A stretch of 64,000 nt of DNA. Source: Candidatus Multivorans sp. (GTDB taxonomy: Bacteria; Acidobacteriota; Thermoanaerobaculia; Multivoradales; Multivoraceae). The notes under the pieces were generated by a model. The model was not told where the DNA came from. It ran no database searches and worked only from the letters and a program-made list of their open reading frames with translations. Shown one piece after another: positions 39,596 to 49,282 of the stretch (position 1 is its first letter; the number at the start of each line of letters is the position of its first letter). The DNA lies in the NCBI GenBank assembly GCA_965224025.1, contig OZ245033.1, positions 2,240,001-2,304,000 of the forward strand, given 5' to 3'. The translations under genes and the position numbers were made by a program.

Positions 39596-41221
39596 GTGAC
39601 CCGACCGGCTGTCGACTACGTTTCGCCGCTGCCGCCGGTGCGATCGGGCATCGCCGACTACAGCGTCGACCTGCTGGAGGAACTCGCTCCTCTGTGCGAC
39701 CTGCGCCTGGTGCGCCTGCCCGGCCAGGAGGTGGCGTCCGAGATCCGGCGCCGCTACGAAGTCGTCGAACCCGCGGTGCTCGATCCGGCGCGGCGCCTTC
39801 CCTTCTACCAACTGGGCAACAACGTGTACCACGAGGGCGTACGCCGGTTCGCCCTTGAAGCGCCGGGGGTCGTGACGGTGCACGACCTGCGGCTCCACCA
39901 CCTCCTGGTCGAGGCCACGCTCGCCAGCGGCGATCTGGACGCCTACGTGGCCGCGCTCGGCGGGGAGCACGGCTGGGAGGGCTCTGCCGTGGCGATACCG
40001 ACCCGTTGGGGCGCCCACGGCCGGGCGCGGCTGTTCGAGATGCCGGCACACGGCTCGCTGCTGCTTCGCCAGCGCGGTCTGCTGGTTCACAGCGACTGGG
40101 GCCGTCGTTTCCTCGAGGACGAGCTGGGTGAGCGGGCGCCCGGTCACTCCCCGCCAGAGATTCGGCGGGTGCCGATGCCGATGCCGGTGCCCGATCCGCC
40201 GAGCCGCGAGGATGCCGCGGCGTGGCGGCGCCGGTTGGGCGTCGCGCCGTCCGCCGTCCTGCTCGGCTCCTTCGGCTTTCAGACGCCGATCAAGCGGACG
40301 GATGTGCTGCTGCGGGCGCTGGCGGAACCCGGCATGGAGGAAGTGCATGCGGTCGTTGCCGGGGAGGTGGCGCCCCAACTCGATCTGGCGACGCTGATGC
40401 GGGACCTGGGAGTCCAGGACCGGGTCATGGTGACCGGTTTCCTCGACGAAGCCTCCTTCCCGATCGCCATTGCCGGTTGCGACCTGTGCCTCAATCTGCG
40501 TTATCCGAGCGCGGGCGAGACCTCCGCTTCGCTGCTCCGCATCCTGGCGCTGGGACGGCCCGCGGTGGTCTCGGACTACGGCCAGTTCAACGAATTGCCG
40601 GGCGACGTGGTGGTCAAGGCGCCGCTCGGGGACGACCCGGCACGGGAGGCGCGGGCGCTCGCCGGTCTTCTGCGCCCGCGCCTGGCCGCGCCCGACCGGC
40701 TGCGGGAGATGGGCGATGCGGCGCGCTCCTTCATCGAGCGCGAGCACCGGCCGTCGTCGTCGGCCTGGGCAGTCGCCGAGGCCCTCGTGGAGTGGTCCGG
40801 CGAACCGGCTGAGGCACCCACCGCGCCTCCGCCGCCGCGTCCTTCGCCTCCCACGTCGTTGACCTGGGGCTGGTTGCCGGGACGGATCGAAGTCGAAGGC
40901 CGTGAACGACCCTGGGCGGACGGTGAGCGGCGCGCGGTGGAGGTCGTGGTCACGAACACCGGCTTCGCCACCTGGCTCTCGGGCCGTCACGTCGACGGGG
41001 GCGTCGTCCTCGAACCCCAGCTCTGGAGCGGCGGCCGCGACCTGTTCAAGGGCAGGCCGTGGATCCCCTTGCCGCATGATCTCGTGCCGGGTGACGCGTG
41101 CCGGATCGGTCTGAGGCTCCGCAAGCCGATTGGACCGGCTCGGCTCCGGCTCGAGCCCCACCTGTTTGGCGGCGGCTCGATGATCCACCGCGGGGCCCAG
41201 GCCTTCGACCGCGACCTGTGA
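39596..41221 (+). CDS. Glycosyltransferase family 4 with C-terminal beta domain
   Basis: SPLPP.RSGIADYS, YQLGNN..H, NLRYP..GETS. Confidence 0.85.
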   Translation: MTRPAVDYVSPLPPVRSGIADYSVDLLEELAPLCDLRLVRLPGQEVASEIRRRYEVVEPAVLDPARRLPFYQLGNNVYHEGVRRFALEAPGVVTVHDLRLHHLLVEATLASGDLDAYVAALGGEHGWEGSAVAIPTRWGAHGRARLFEMPAHGSLLLRQRGLLVHSDWGRRFLEDELGERAPGHSPPEIRRVPMPMPVPDPPSREDAAAWRRRLGVAPSAVLLGSFGFQTPIKRTDVLLRALAEPGMEEVHAVVAGEVAPQLDLATLMRDLGVQDRVMVTGFLDEASFPIAIAGCDLCLNLRYPSAGETSASLLRILALGRPAVVSDYGQFNELPGDVVVKAPLGDDPAREARALAGLLRPRLAAPDRLREMGDAARSFIEREHRPSSSAWAVAEALVEWSGEPAEAPTAPPPPRPSPPTSLTWGWLPGRIEVEGRERPWADGERRAVEVVVTNTGFATWLSGRHVDGGVVLEPQLWSGGRDLFKGRPWIPLPHDLVPGDACRIGLRLRKPIGPARLRLEPHLFGGGSMIHRGAQAFDRDL

Positions 41222-43110
41222 GCCGCCGGCGAACTGCGCGGCGGTGGTCCTGGCTGGTTCTGGCCGGGCTGCTGACGGCGCTTCTCTTCTTCGCCACGCT
41301 GACGGATGCGCGCACGGCGGGGGAACGCGAGGTCACCCACCTGATGGCCGCGGCCAGTCTCGCCTGGGACGGCGATCTGTCCTACGGCCGCGAGGACTAC
41401 GACCGCTACGTGCGGGCCTGGGAGCGCGAACCCGAGGCCGTCGCGCTTGCCACCACCGCCGGCAGCGGGAAGATAGGTTTCGGCAGGCCGGTGGTCTATG
41501 CGGTGGTCGCCGCGCCCTTCGTGCGCATCTCGCCGCGGTGGGGACCGGCGGCGCTGAACTGGCTGTTGCTGGCGCTTGCCGCGGCCGCCTCCGCCCTGGT
41601 GCTCGAGCGATCGGTCGGCCCCTGGGCGCCCGCCTGGATAGCGTTGTGCGTCGCCGGTACGACGGCGTTCACTCTGCTGCCGCTGCCCTCGCCGGAGCCG
41701 CTTCGCCTCGCGGCGTCGGCCGTGGCCTGGGCGCTGGTGGTGCAGATCATGCCCGCGGCCCGGCGTTCGGCACGACGCGCGGTACGACGGACGGCCGAAC
41801 GCGCGGCCGGCTCGCGGCGCCCCATCGAGGCGACCGGTCGGACGGTGCTGCGCTGGTCCCTGGTCGGATGCCTGCTGGCGCTGGCCGTGGCGGCTTCGGT
41901 TGACGGGTTCGTCGTGCTGCCGGCTCTGGCGGCGGCGTTCTGGCTGTCGCTGCTGCAGCCGCGCCGGCGGCTCGCGGCGGTTGCACTGTCGGCGGCTTCG
42001 GTACTGACCTTCGCGGCGGTCTTCGGCGCGGCGGCGCTGGCCCGCGGCGGGGCGGGACCGGTCGAGCAGGAGGTGTTCGATCGCGCAACGGGCTTTCCGG
42101 CGGTCGACTTCGAGGCGGAAGAGTGGCGCCGGACGGCCGGGCCGCGCGGCTCTGGACTCCAGCTCGACGCGGGGGACGATCCCCGCGACAGCCTCCGCGC
42201 CGGCGGCGCGGCGCCCGATCGCCCCCAGTTCGACGTGAGGGCCGCCGAAGGCCTCCGTCTTCGAACCCTGCTGTATGCGCTCGTCGGTCGCGCGGTCGGC
42301 TTCCTGCCCTACTGCGCTCCGCTGGTGTGGGCCGCGTTCTGGGGTGCGGCAACCGGCGGCTGGCGGCGCGTGCTCCTGGTCGCGGCGGTGGGGTCGTTCG
42401 CCGCCCGCGCCCTGCTGTTCCCGTTCGACCTGGGCGACGAACGGGCGGCCCTGGGGCCGGGCGGTGTCGGCGCCCTGGCGCCCATGTTCTGGTTTCTGGT
42501 TGCGCGGCTCAGCCTGATGAGGATCCTCGCGGTCGGCGTGTCCGCGGCGCTTGTTTTCTACCCGCTCTGGCTGCGGCCCGGCGCGGCGCTGCGACCGGCG
42601 CCGCCCCCGGCCGGTCTCCTGAAACCCCTCCTGCCCCAGGAGACGACCCAGCGACTCCAGCCGGCGGGGTCGCCGGACCTCTTCGTTGGTGGTTTGTGGT
42701 TGCGCCCGATCGCCGGCAGGATCGCTCCGTTCGGGGAGGAAGGCCTGGTGGTCGGAACAACGGAAGGCGGGTCGGGAGACCCGCGCGAGGACGGCTGGGC
42801 CGAGTTCCTGGTCGCCTGGGAGGATGGCATCGCCGGTGGCCCGGGTGGAGAAGCGCCTCTCCGGCCCGCGAGGCTCGAGGTGGTCCTCGAGGGGAGCACG
42901 CGCCTCGAAGTCGCGGGCGCGGAGGTTGAGGAGCGGCGGACCTTGCCGTCGGGGCGGACCGCGGTCGATCTGCGGCTGGCGGCGCCCGTGGCCCGGCATC
43001 GCCTTTGGTGGTCGAGAGAATCGGTTGCTCTGCACGGGCTGCGGTTGAGTGTGGGCAGTGCCGACGACGCGCCGAACGCGGTTCATCGCCTGGAGCTTCG
43101 CTCGCGGTAG
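41218..43110 (+). CDS. Polytopic membrane protein (possibly GT-C-like)
   Basis: Many hydrophobic segments; SLAWDGDL motif; GTGA coupling to the glycosyltransferase. Confidence 0.6.
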   Translation: MSRRRTARRWSWLVLAGLLTALLFFATLTDARTAGEREVTHLMAAASLAWDGDLSYGREDYDRYVRAWEREPEAVALATTAGSGKIGFGRPVVYAVVAAPFVRISPRWGPAALNWLLLALAAAASALVLERSVGPWAPAWIALCVAGTTAFTLLPLPSPEPLRLAASAVAWALVVQIMPAARRSARRAVRRTAERAAGSRRPIEATGRTVLRWSLVGCLLALAVAASVDGFVVLPALAAAFWLSLLQPRRRLAAVALSAASVLTFAAVFGAAALARGGAGPVEQEVFDRATGFPAVDFEAEEWRRTAGPRGSGLQLDAGDDPRDSLRAGGAAPDRPQFDVRAAEGLRLRTLLYALVGRAVGFLPYCAPLVWAAFWGAATGGWRRVLLVAAVGSFAARALLFPFDLGDERAALGPGGVGALAPMFWFLVARLSLMRILAVGVSAALVFYPLWLRPGAALRPAPPPAGLLKPLLPQETTQRLQPAGSPDLFVGGLWLRPIAGRIAPFGEEGLVVGTTEGGSGDPREDGWAEFLVAWEDGIAGGPGGEAPLRPARLEVVLEGSTRLEVAGAEVEERRTLPSGRTAVDLRLAAPVARHRLWWSRESVALHGLRLSVGSADDAPNAVHRLELRSR

Positions 43111-43130
43111 CGCGGCAGGGCAGGATGCCC

Positions 43131-43176
43131 GCGTGCCATCCGTGCGCCCGATGACGGGTGCACGGAGTGGTTCGCG
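43131..43176 (+). repeat. Palindromic intergenic repeat C, copy 2
   Basis: Near-identical to 33887-33932; stem TCCGTGCGCCCG-ATGA-CGGGTGCACGGA. Confidence 0.8.
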
Positions 43177-43257
43177 TGTGGCGCGGGTCGCGCCACACGG
43201 GTTCCCAGGGTCAGATCGTTCTACCGCGCCTGGCCAAGCCGAGGAATCCTGGGGATA

Positions 43258-43845
43258 GTGTCGGCGCCCGTGAGCTGGATTCTCGAAATGCGGCGCGTGC
43301 TGGAGCAGTCGAAACGGCTGCCGGCCGCCGGAGGAAGCGGCGCCCGGGTCGCCCTGGTGCTGCCGCTGTACGTCGAAGGGGCCGAACTCTGGACCCTGCT
43401 GCGGGAGGAACCGCACGAGACGCCGCCGCTGAGCTTCGCCGCCACGCCCTTCGAAGGCGACGACCCCTGGCCGACGGTGGCGCGGCTCGTCAGCGCCGGT
43501 CTCGGTGTCGAGCCGTCGCGCGTTCTGCGCCTGGGCGAGCTGGACGAGGTGGGCGCAACAGGTGGTTTCCGGCTTCGTGCATGCGTCGTCGCCGTGCCGT
43601 CTCCCGAGGATGACGGCAGCAATGTCGAGGCGCCGCCCGTACGGCTGCCGCTGTCGGCGCTGAGGCATCCCCGGCTGATCGAGGAGCGGACCTTCGAGAT
43701 CGAGGGTGAGCTCGTGCCGCTCGCCGCGTACCACGTCGGGCGCCACCGACTCTGGGGTCCTCCGCTCGATGTGCTGCTCCGGCTGCTCGAACGGCTTGAC
43801 CAGCCGGAATCCGGCCCCGAAATGCCGGCTGGCAGCGTGAACTGA
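43258..43845 (+). CDS. Degenerate NUDIX/CoA-pyrophosphatase-like protein
   Basis: ALVLPLY..LGELD..GF..LWG layout resembles NudL-type proteins but the NUDIX box is eroded. Confidence 0.55.
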   Translation: MSAPVSWILEMRRVLEQSKRLPAAGGSGARVALVLPLYVEGAELWTLLREEPHETPPLSFAATPFEGDDPWPTVARLVSAGLGVEPSRVLRLGELDEVGATGGFRLRACVVAVPSPEDDGSNVEAPPVRLPLSALRHPRLIEERTFEIEGELVPLAAYHVGRHRLWGPPLDVLLRLLERLDQPESGPEMPAGSVN

Positions 43846-43933
43846 TTGGCAGCTCGTGGCGGCTCGCGCGGCGCTACAATCGCGCCGCACCTGATCCACC
43901 GACATCTTCTCCGAGGAGTACCCAAGACCACTC

Positions 43934-44995
43934 ATGGCCGATATCGCGCGAATCGAACAGCTTCTGGGCAGCGAGGCGGAAAGCCTCCTCGGACACGTCT
44001 GCACCGGGATTCCGAAGGAGCTTCTGACGGTGCCGGGGCCGGACGCCGTGGACCGGGCCTTCGGCCCTTCGGACCGCAACAACCGCACTCTCGGCAGCCT
44101 GGAGCGCCTGCTGGGGCACGGGCGCCTCGGCGGCACCGGCTATGTCTCGATCCTGCCCGTGGACCAGGGGATCGAGCATTCGGGAGCGGCGTCGTTCGCG
44201 CCGAATCCGATCTACTTCGACCCGGAGAACATCATCCGGCTTGCGATGGAGGGCGGCTGCAACGGCGTCGCCTCGACCCTGGGGGTGCTGGGCAGCATCG
44301 GCCGGCGCTACGCGCACAGGATCCCGTTCATCGTCAAGATCAACCACAACGAGAGCCTGACCCACCCCCACACCTACCACCAGGTCCTGTTCTCGCAGGT
44401 CGAGCAGGCCTGGGATCTGGGTGCCGTGGCCGTCGGCGCCACGGTGTACTTCGGTGCCGACGTGTGCCGCGAGGAACTCGTGGAAATCGCCGAGTGCTTC
44501 CAGCAGGCCCACGAACTGGGCATGGCCTGCGTCCTCTGGTGCTACCTCCGCAACAATGCCTTCAAGAAGGACGGTGTGGACTACCACGCTTCGGCCGACC
44601 TGACCGGCCAGGCGAACCACCTCGGGGTGACGATCGAAGCCGACGTGGTCAAGCAGAAGCAGGCGACGAACAACGGCGGCTACCCGGCGATCGGTTTCGG
44701 CAAGACCCACGACCTCGTCTACAGCGAACTGGTCTCCGACCACCCCGTGGACCTCGTGCGCTGGCAAGTCGCGAACTGCTACATGGGCCGAATCGGGATG
44801 ATCAACTCGGGCGGCTCTTCGGGCGGCGCCGGCGACTTGGCGGCCGCGGTGCGCACGGCGGTGATCAACCGCCGCGCCGGCGGCCAGGGCCTGATCTCGG
44901 GCCGCAAGGCGTTCCAGCGGCCGATGGCGGAGGGCGTGGAGCTCCTGAACCACATTCAGGACGTCTACCTCTGCGAGGACATCACGATCGCATAG
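43934..44995 (+). CDS. fbaB: Class I fructose-bisphosphate aldolase
   Basis: [45 protein letters not shown]. Confidence 0.96.
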   Translation: MADIARIEQLLGSEAESLLGHVCTGIPKELLTVPGPDAVDRAFGPSDRNNRTLGSLERLLGHGRLGGTGYVSILPVDQGIEHSGAASFAPNPIYFDPENIIRLAMEGGCNGVASTLGVLGSIGRRYAHRIPFIVKINHNESLTHPHTYHQVLFSQVEQAWDLGAVAVGATVYFGADVCREELVEIAECFQQAHELGMACVLWCYLRNNAFKKDGVDYHASADLTGQANHLGVTIEADVVKQKQATNNGGYPAIGFGKTHDLVYSELVSDHPVDLVRWQVANCYMGRIGMINSGGSSGGAGDLAAAVRTAVINRRAGGQGLISGRKAFQRPMAEGVELLNHIQDVYLCEDITIA

Positions 44996-46196
44996 GCCGA
45001 TCGGAATCGCCGCCAATCAACTCCGCAATATCGGCGTGCCGCGCCTCCGCGTCGCGTTCACCGACGTCGATCATCGCCCGGATGTAGTCGGGCTGGAACA
45101 TCAACAGGCTGAGCAGGTCGGGGCTCTTCGTGTCCCGAGTGCCGAGGCCGCGCGTGAGGAACCGGAACGCCTTCGGCAGTTGGGGCTCGAACCGGGTCGC
45201 GAGCCGGCCCAGGTCCTCCGACGGCCGCAGCAGTACCAGGTCGACCAGCCGGAGCGGGCCGCGCTCCTCCGCCGGCAGCTTCGCCAGCAGGCCGTTGATC
45301 AGTTCCAGCCGGTTCGCGTCCTGGTCCAGTTGGTCCAGGAACACGGCGTTCATCAGCACGCCCGCGAACTGGGCCGGCGGCGGGTAGCTGCTGGCCTCCG
45401 CTGTCGGCGCCAGGGGCTGGTGGCGGGTGGAGACGGCGATCAGGCGATCGCAGCCGAGGTGCAGGGCGGGCGACAGAGGCGAAGTCAGGCGGACGCCGCC
45501 GTCGCCGTGCCAGGCGCCGGCGATCCGCACCGCCGGGAAGATCAGCGGCAGAGAAGCCGAAGCGAGCACATGATCCAGGGTCAACAGAGCCTGCTCCGAC
45601 CGCCGCTTGGGCCTCTCCCACGCCTCGATGTCTCGCCCCTGGACCCAAGTGACGGTATGTCCCGTCGACCACTCGACGGTGGTCACCGCGACCGCGTCGA
45701 GCCGGCCCCGGGCGAGGTTGTCGGCGATGCCCGGAAGGACGCGCCCATTCCGCGCTTCGGCGCCGAGGACGCGCTCCAGGTGGCTGCCGAGCGGCGACGT
45801 GTCGACCAGGCCACGGACCCGAGGGCGGTAGCGCAGACCGCCCGAGGCCAGGTTCAGAAGCCAGCGGACCACCATGCCGCCCAGCGACCATCCGTCGTCA
45901 CGGAAGACGTGGTCGGGGGTCAGCTCGAGCCAGGTCCGGCTCAGTTCTTCCGTCGCCTCGGCGGCGCTTCCCGAATGCGAGGCGAGGAACGAGGCGTTGA
46001 TGGCGCCGGCCGAGACGCCGGTCAGGACGTCGAAGTGGAACTCCGGCATCCGCGCCGCCAGATGGCGGACGAGTCCGACCTGGTACGCGGCTCGCGCGCC
46101 GCCTCCGGTCAGGACCAGGCCGATGCGGGGCTTCCGCCCGCTGTGCGGCTCGCCGTTTTCCCCGTGTCGGCGTGCGGGCGGCTCTCCGGCGGACAT
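44982..46196 (-). CDS. Patatin-like phospholipase
   Basis: [16 protein letters not shown] and DGG motifs. Confidence 0.92.
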   Translation of the reverse strand: MSAGEPPARRHGENGEPHSGRKPRIGLVLTGGGARAAYQVGLVRHLAARMPEFHFDVLTGVSAGAINASFLASHSGSAAEATEELSRTWLELTPDHVFRDDGWSLGGMVVRWLLNLASGGLRYRPRVRGLVDTSPLGSHLERVLGAEARNGRVLPGIADNLARGRLDAVAVTTVEWSTGHTVTWVQGRDIEAWERPKRRSEQALLTLDHVLASASLPLIFPAVRIAGAWHGDGGVRLTSPLSPALHLGCDRLIAVSTRHQPLAPTAEASSYPPPAQFAGVLMNAVFLDQLDQDANRLELINGLLAKLPAEERGPLRLVDLVLLRPSEDLGRLATRFEPQLPKAFRFLTRGLGTRDTKSPDLLSLLMFQPDYIRAMIDVGERDAEARHADIAELIGGDSDRPMRS

Positions 46197-46234
46197 CGGC
46201 AGTTCCGCACTGTATCGAATGCCCCAGAACCAGC

Positions 46235-46310
46235 GAACCCGGGCGTCCCGCCCACCCCCGGAACCCGGGTGGCGCGATCCGCCCCTGGGAACGCGGGCGT
46301 CTCGCCCGCA
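46235..46310. repeat. REP-like short palindromes
   Basis: GAACCCGGGCGTCCCGCCC and GGGAACGCGGGCGTCTCGCCCGCA; related GGGCAGGATGCCCGCG near 43118. Confidence 0.5.
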
Positions 46311-46602
46311 TCCGGCCGCCGCGCCCGCGGGAACATCGGCCAGACGGACTCTGTTTGCGTTCATGCGGCCGCCGCCCCGGGCCTCTACGCCGGCCGTCTT
46401 CCCGATCGTGAGAACGCGGTAACTCCGCCTCGAAGCGCCGGCCCCAAGCGCCGGAGCCTCGCCCCGCCCGGAAGCAGAGCACGCTCGGTAAGCCCTGTTA
46501 CGGAGCATCCTCCGGGTTACCGTCGGGACAAACCCGGTGCGCCATGAGGAGCAGAGGAACATACCTAACCGATGCCCCTGCCAAGGAGAAGAAGGACTAC
46601 TG

Positions 46603-47610
46603 ATGTCTCTCAACAACGAATGCGGTCCGCCTAATGCAGTTTCAGTCAGCCAAGCCCTGCGGACATCGCTCGCCGAGAACACGCGGAGGGCGTATCGAAG
46701 CGGCTGGCAGCGATTTGCCGACTACTGCGACCAGAGACGTGTGGACCCAATGGCCGCGACACCGGAAGACGTTGCGGAGTTCCTGGTCGCGATGGCGGCG
46801 GGGCATTCATCGCCCCGGACCGGAATGAAGACGCAGAAGCCGGTTGCCTTGGGCACGATCAGGATATGTCTGGCCGCGATCAATCGCAGGTACGGGGAGC
46901 GGAACCTGGAGTCCCCGGCGCGGCACCTGACGGTTACGAGCGTCCTTCGCGGACTCGGGCGGTTGGCCCGCGATCGGCCCCGACAGGTCAAGGCGCTTCG
47001 GGAACATGAGATCGCGGCGATCCTGTCGTGCTGCGATCGGCTTGCAGCGCAGAGGGAGCATCGGGCAATTGGGGCCCGGGACGCGGCGGTCATCGCGGTT
47101 GGCTTCGCGGGAGCGCTACGCCGATCGGAGATCTGTCAACTGGGGATCGAGGACTTCGAGTTCGTGAGCGGCGCCGGTGAAGCGGCGGGGATGCTCCTGC
47201 ACATCCGTCGGTCGAAGACGGACCAGCTCGGCAGGGGCCAGAGCATCGCGATACCGGAGGGAGCGTTCATCCGTCCGGTCGAGCGGCTGCGGCGCTGGCT
47301 GGCGGTGTCCGGAGTCACCAAGGGATCTGCCTTCCAGACGATGTGGCGCGGCGGACGGCCGCGCGGAAGGCCCCTGCACCCTACTGATGTCCCGCGCCTG
47401 GTGAAGCGCTATGTCCGGGAAATCGGCCTGGATCCCGCCGACTACTCCGGCCACTCCTTGAGAGCCGGGTTCGTGACCAGCGCGGCCGTCCACTCCGCTC
47501 GCCTCGACAAGATCATGGAGGTGACGAGACACGCGAACGCGAGCATGGTGCTCCGATACATCCGCCAGGCGGACGCGTTCCGGGATCACGCGGGAGCGGC
47601 GTTCCTGTAA
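46603..47610 (+). CDS. Cre-like tyrosine recombinase with N-terminal SAM-like domain
   Basis: AENTRRAY..W..F; catalytic R (ALRRSE), K (SKTDQ), GHSLRAG, H (TRH) and Y (RYIR). Confidence 0.93.
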   Translation: MSLNNECGPPNAVSVSQALRTSLAENTRRAYRSGWQRFADYCDQRRVDPMAATPEDVAEFLVAMAAGHSSPRTGMKTQKPVALGTIRICLAAINRRYGERNLESPARHLTVTSVLRGLGRLARDRPRQVKALREHEIAAILSCCDRLAAQREHRAIGARDAAVIAVGFAGALRRSEICQLGIEDFEFVSGAGEAAGMLLHIRRSKTDQLGRGQSIAIPEGAFIRPVERLRRWLAVSGVTKGSAFQTMWRGGRPRGRPLHPTDVPRLVKRYVREIGLDPADYSGHSLRAGFVTSAAVHSARLDKIMEVTRHANASMVLRYIRQADAFRDHAGAAFL

Positions 47611-47629
47611 GCGGTCGCGGTTTCTGCAC

Positions 47630-47654
47630 ACCGGCGCCCGTTTCCGGCGCCGGT
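47630..47654 (+). terminator. Hairpin after the recombinase gene
   Basis: ACCGGCGCC-N7-GGCGCCGGT; weak U-tract. Confidence 0.35.
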
Positions 47655-47681
47655 ATGTGACGAGATCGTGACCGACCATGC

Positions 47682-47711
47682 TTGACAACAGGCTTAGGGG
47701 AATGTTACTGT
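47682..47711 (+). promoter_or_regulatory. Putative sigma70 promoter for the secreted-protein cluster
   Basis: TTGACA-18 nt-TACTGT with extended TG. Confidence 0.55.
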
Positions 47712-47877
47712 GCCTTCGGGCTAGGAGGACATCGACGGGAAGGCTAGCCCGAAGATGCCCATACGGTAAGGAGTAGGTAACCTGTAGGTAACCCCTCAAT
47801 CTACTCTGAAGAGCCCTCAGGAGATACTCGACCTCCGATACCTGATCATCGCGCTCTTGGCTTAGGGAGGTTGCCCC

Positions 47878-49206
47878 ATGAAACTCAGCCGATGTCTCGC
47901 TCTGACTTGCTGCGTGGTGGCGGCGCCGCCCCTCCTGGCCTCGGAATCAGCCGAATCGGGCATCGTCGCGATCTCCTGCCCGGAGGAGGAGTGCTTCGTG
48001 GCGCCGATTTTCGTCGGTGAAGGCGGATTCGTTGCCAGGCGGGCGGACAGTGACGAGGACGTGACCTTCGTCCTGGAGTGCGGCGACAGATTCGTTGAAG
48101 CTACGGCTGAGCCGGACAGCATGGGGATCGTGCGTCAGGTGTTGACTGCCGACAACGGAATGGCGTGCATGGCAGACGCCGGCGGCGTCCTCGAGATCGG
48201 GAACATCGAGGCCGGGGGTTGGTATTGGATCAACGACGACCGGAGTTCGGCCGTATTCGCTCTGGTGGCAAAGGACGTACTGGAAAATCCCAAGACGACG
48301 CCCCTCGACCCGGGCGGAGTCACTATGATAGCGGACGAGGCCGACGTCGCTACCTGGATCAAGCACGAGGACTCCGGCCGAATAGGCATTCTGGGCCACA
48401 TTCAGCCCACAGAGCGGCGGCCCGGGTGTGTTAGCGGCGGCAAAAAGCCGGTCTGGGAGCACTGCAGGATCGGCCGTTCCGACAGTTGGAGACTCTTCGC
48501 TCTCGTCGGCAACGAGGGCGCCAACGGAAGACTGGACTACGACTCCGCGTCCGGTCTTGGCGACGGTGGAATCGTCCGCCTCAGGCCGGGCGGCGCCGCT
48601 AACAGGACCAGCATGCAGGTCTTTCTCTTCGCCACGAACTATCTGGCGGGTATCGGAGCTTTCGTCGCTCCAATAGAATACGATGAAGAAGGCAATTACC
48701 GCCCAGACGTAATCAAGCCGGCGACGATCACCGGGGATCCGAGATTGGTTAACAACCCAGTCCTTGACGGCGTCTCCTTCGTCGGCGTGAACCCTCTGAC
48801 GCAAGCAGTCGACCTCAGCGTGGACGGCTCCTTCGGCATGTTCGGATCAGATTCTCTGGTCTTGCCGGCGAGTTTTGCCCCGGTCGGGTCGGCTGCGGTG
48901 GCCAGGGCGGTTCACTTTTGGGAGATCGCGATCCCAGGGGTCGACACGTCCGACACGACGCACTGGTGCGCGAACCCGTTGGGCGAGAGTCTTGTTTGGA
49001 AACATCGCCTGTCCGTTACAGGCTATCTTGAGAATGCCTTTCCTTTATTAGATCAGGGCGGAGGTCCGTCGATGGAATTCGCACTGGCGTGTCCCACTGC
49101 TGAGGGAGCGACGGCGGCCGCGTCCGCCGGGAGTTCCCTGGAAGGAGTCGAACTTGTTCCAGCCGGTCCTTTCTCGCTTTCGCTTCAATTCGTTGACCGG
49201 CCATAG
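47878..49206 (+). CDS. Secreted Cys-containing hypothetical protein
   Basis: GGAGG RBS, signal peptide, paired cysteines; 442 aa. Confidence 0.75.
   Translation: MKLSRCLALTCCVVAAPPLLASESAESGIVAISCPEEECFVAPIFVGEGGFVARRADSDEDVTFVLECGDRFVEATAEPDSMGIVRQVLTADNGMACMADAGGVLEIGNIEAGGWYWINDDRSSAVFALVAKDVLENPKTTPLDPGGVTMIADEADVATWIKHEDSGRIGILGHIQPTERRPGCVSGGKKPVWEHCRIGRSDSWRLFALVGNEGANGRLDYDSASGLGDGGIVRLRPGGAANRTSMQVFLFATNYLAGIGAFVAPIEYDEEGNYRPDVIKPATITGDPRLVNNPVLDGVSFVGVNPLTQAVDLSVDGSFGMFGSDSLVLPASFAPVGSAAVARAVHFWEIAIPGVDTSDTTHWCANPLGESLVWKHRLSVTGYLENAFPLLDQGGGPSMEFALACPTAEGATAAASAGSSLEGVELVPAGPFSLSLQFVDRP
48990..49073 (+). repeat. ~85-bp direct repeat, copy 1 (inside the 47878 CDS)
   Basis: TCTTGTTTGGA..CGCCTGTCCGTTACAGGCTATCTT..GATCAGGG.GGAGGTCCGTCGAT shared with 53597-53681. 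Confidence 0.9.
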
Positions 49207-49282
49207 TAGCCGGCGTCCTCGGCGGCGGCGGTCCGCGGCGGCCGTCGACGGCGCGCCGGCCGTCAGGGCGCTCAGCGGGGCG

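Noticed and set aside
47619-47669. GTTTCTGCACAC / ACGAGATCG resembling the element's right inverted repeat
   Set aside because: Two short, separated partial matches; plausible by chance.
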